Positions 63,732-64,000 of a stretch of 64,000 nucleotides of DNA are shown piece after piece. A program made the translations under genes and the position numbers. Below the pieces are notes generated by a model. The model was not told where the DNA came from and did not search any database. It worked only from the letters and a program-made list of their open reading frames with translations. The stretch spans positions 3,501 to 67,500 of the forward strand of contig JAKPKY010000167.1 of assembly GCA_029553505.1 (NCBI GenBank), given 5' to 3'. How positions within the stretch are numbered: the first letter of the stretch is position 1; each line of letters starts with the position of its first letter. This DNA comes from Planctomycetota bacterium. GTDB taxonomy: Bacteria > Planctomycetota > Phycisphaerae > SM23-33.

Positions 63732-63856
63732 CTGTCGAAAACTCCTTCCAAGATGTGCCAACAAGGGTGACACGGCTTGCTTGCAAGCAGTGTTCTTGTG
63801 GCTACACGGCTTGGCAAGCAAGCCGTGGCACCCCCGGATTCGGAGTTTTCAGACAG
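63732..63856. repeat. MITE/REP-like composite element with 14-15 nt terminal inverted repeats
   Basis: CTGTCGAAAACTCC (63732-63745) versus GGAGTTTTCAGACAG (63842-63856, reverse complement CTGTCTGAAAACTCC). Inside are two inverted 28-29 nt units: GGGTGACACGGCTTGCTTGCAAGCAGTG (63765-63792) and CACGGCTTGGCAAGCAAGCCGTGGCACCC (63805-63833). Both are homologous to the 19.8-kb units. Confidence 0.75.
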
Positions 63857-63859
63857 AAG

Positions 63860-64000
63860 CTACGCGCGACGGAAGAAAGCGAATCGTCGCGCCCCGAGCA
63901 CGCGCGGTCGCCACAAGGCGTCGATGGTGGGCACGGCCGTATTCATCGCCAGCACGGCAAGGTAGAACGGGATCGGCGTCTCGAAATACAGTTGCAGCAG
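63860..64000 (-). CDS. C-terminal end of an unidentified (probably membrane) protein; 5' part lies outside the window
   Basis: My own reverse-strand translation reads LLQLYFETPIPFYLAVLAMNTAVPTIDALWRPRVLGARRFAFFRRA*. Codon usage is GC3-rich, the frame is open to the window edge, and the stop (TAG) is at 63860-63862. Confidence 0.35.
   Translation of the reverse strand: MLQLYFETPIPFYLAVLAMNTAVPTIDALWRPRVLGARRFAFFRRA

Overview
This is a 64-kb, densely coding, high-GC segment; coding lines I counted by hand are about 68% G+C. I call about 58 protein genes. I see no rRNA, tRNA, CRISPR array, transposase or integrase. My lineage guess, by inference only, is a Planctomycetota/PVC-type bacterium. 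The reasons are several PEP-CTERM sorting tails, a DUF1559-like pseudopilin and a BatA-type double-TM/VWA protein. Most of the content is core metabolism and envelope function: an MTHFR-like gene plus etfBA, ribBA, ribH-nusB, ftsY, surE, an MTAP-like gene, queDE, rex, pgl and a family-4 UDG. There is also an Opp/Dpp-type ABC importer, MlaF-like/MCE/MMPL lipid-transport-like genes and three glycan-degrading enzymes (GH clan A, heparinase II/III-like, GH35). Two GT39/ArnT-like membrane glycosyltransferases complete the set. The one clearly accessory stretch is about 26.55-31.5 kb. It is an AT-richer island bracketed by 30/32-identical 32-bp direct repeats. It holds a remnant of a Gfo/Idh/MocA gene 3' end and an operon of three PEP-CTERM proteins, one of them a trypsin-like protease. 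Transcribed divergently from that operon is a single 689-aa ORF that fuses an ECF sigma factor to hydrophobic segments, a long extracytoplasmic-looking region and a PEP-CTERM tail. That fusion and its island are my best candidate for an undescribed signalling module. Other points worth a second look:
- A bifurcating-type EtfBA sits directly behind the MTHFR-like gene.
- A secreted, motif-degenerate AMMECR1-like protein.
- A GNAT-MlaF-MCE-MMPL-PPIase string with no MlaE permease.
- A REP/MITE-like palindromic repeat family at 19.8 and 63.7 kb.
- Heptamer arrays in the pgl upstream region.
- Several strongly structured or very AT-rich intergenic regions.

Many long ORFs in the six-frame track are antisense or off-frame artefacts of high GC, and I did not call them.
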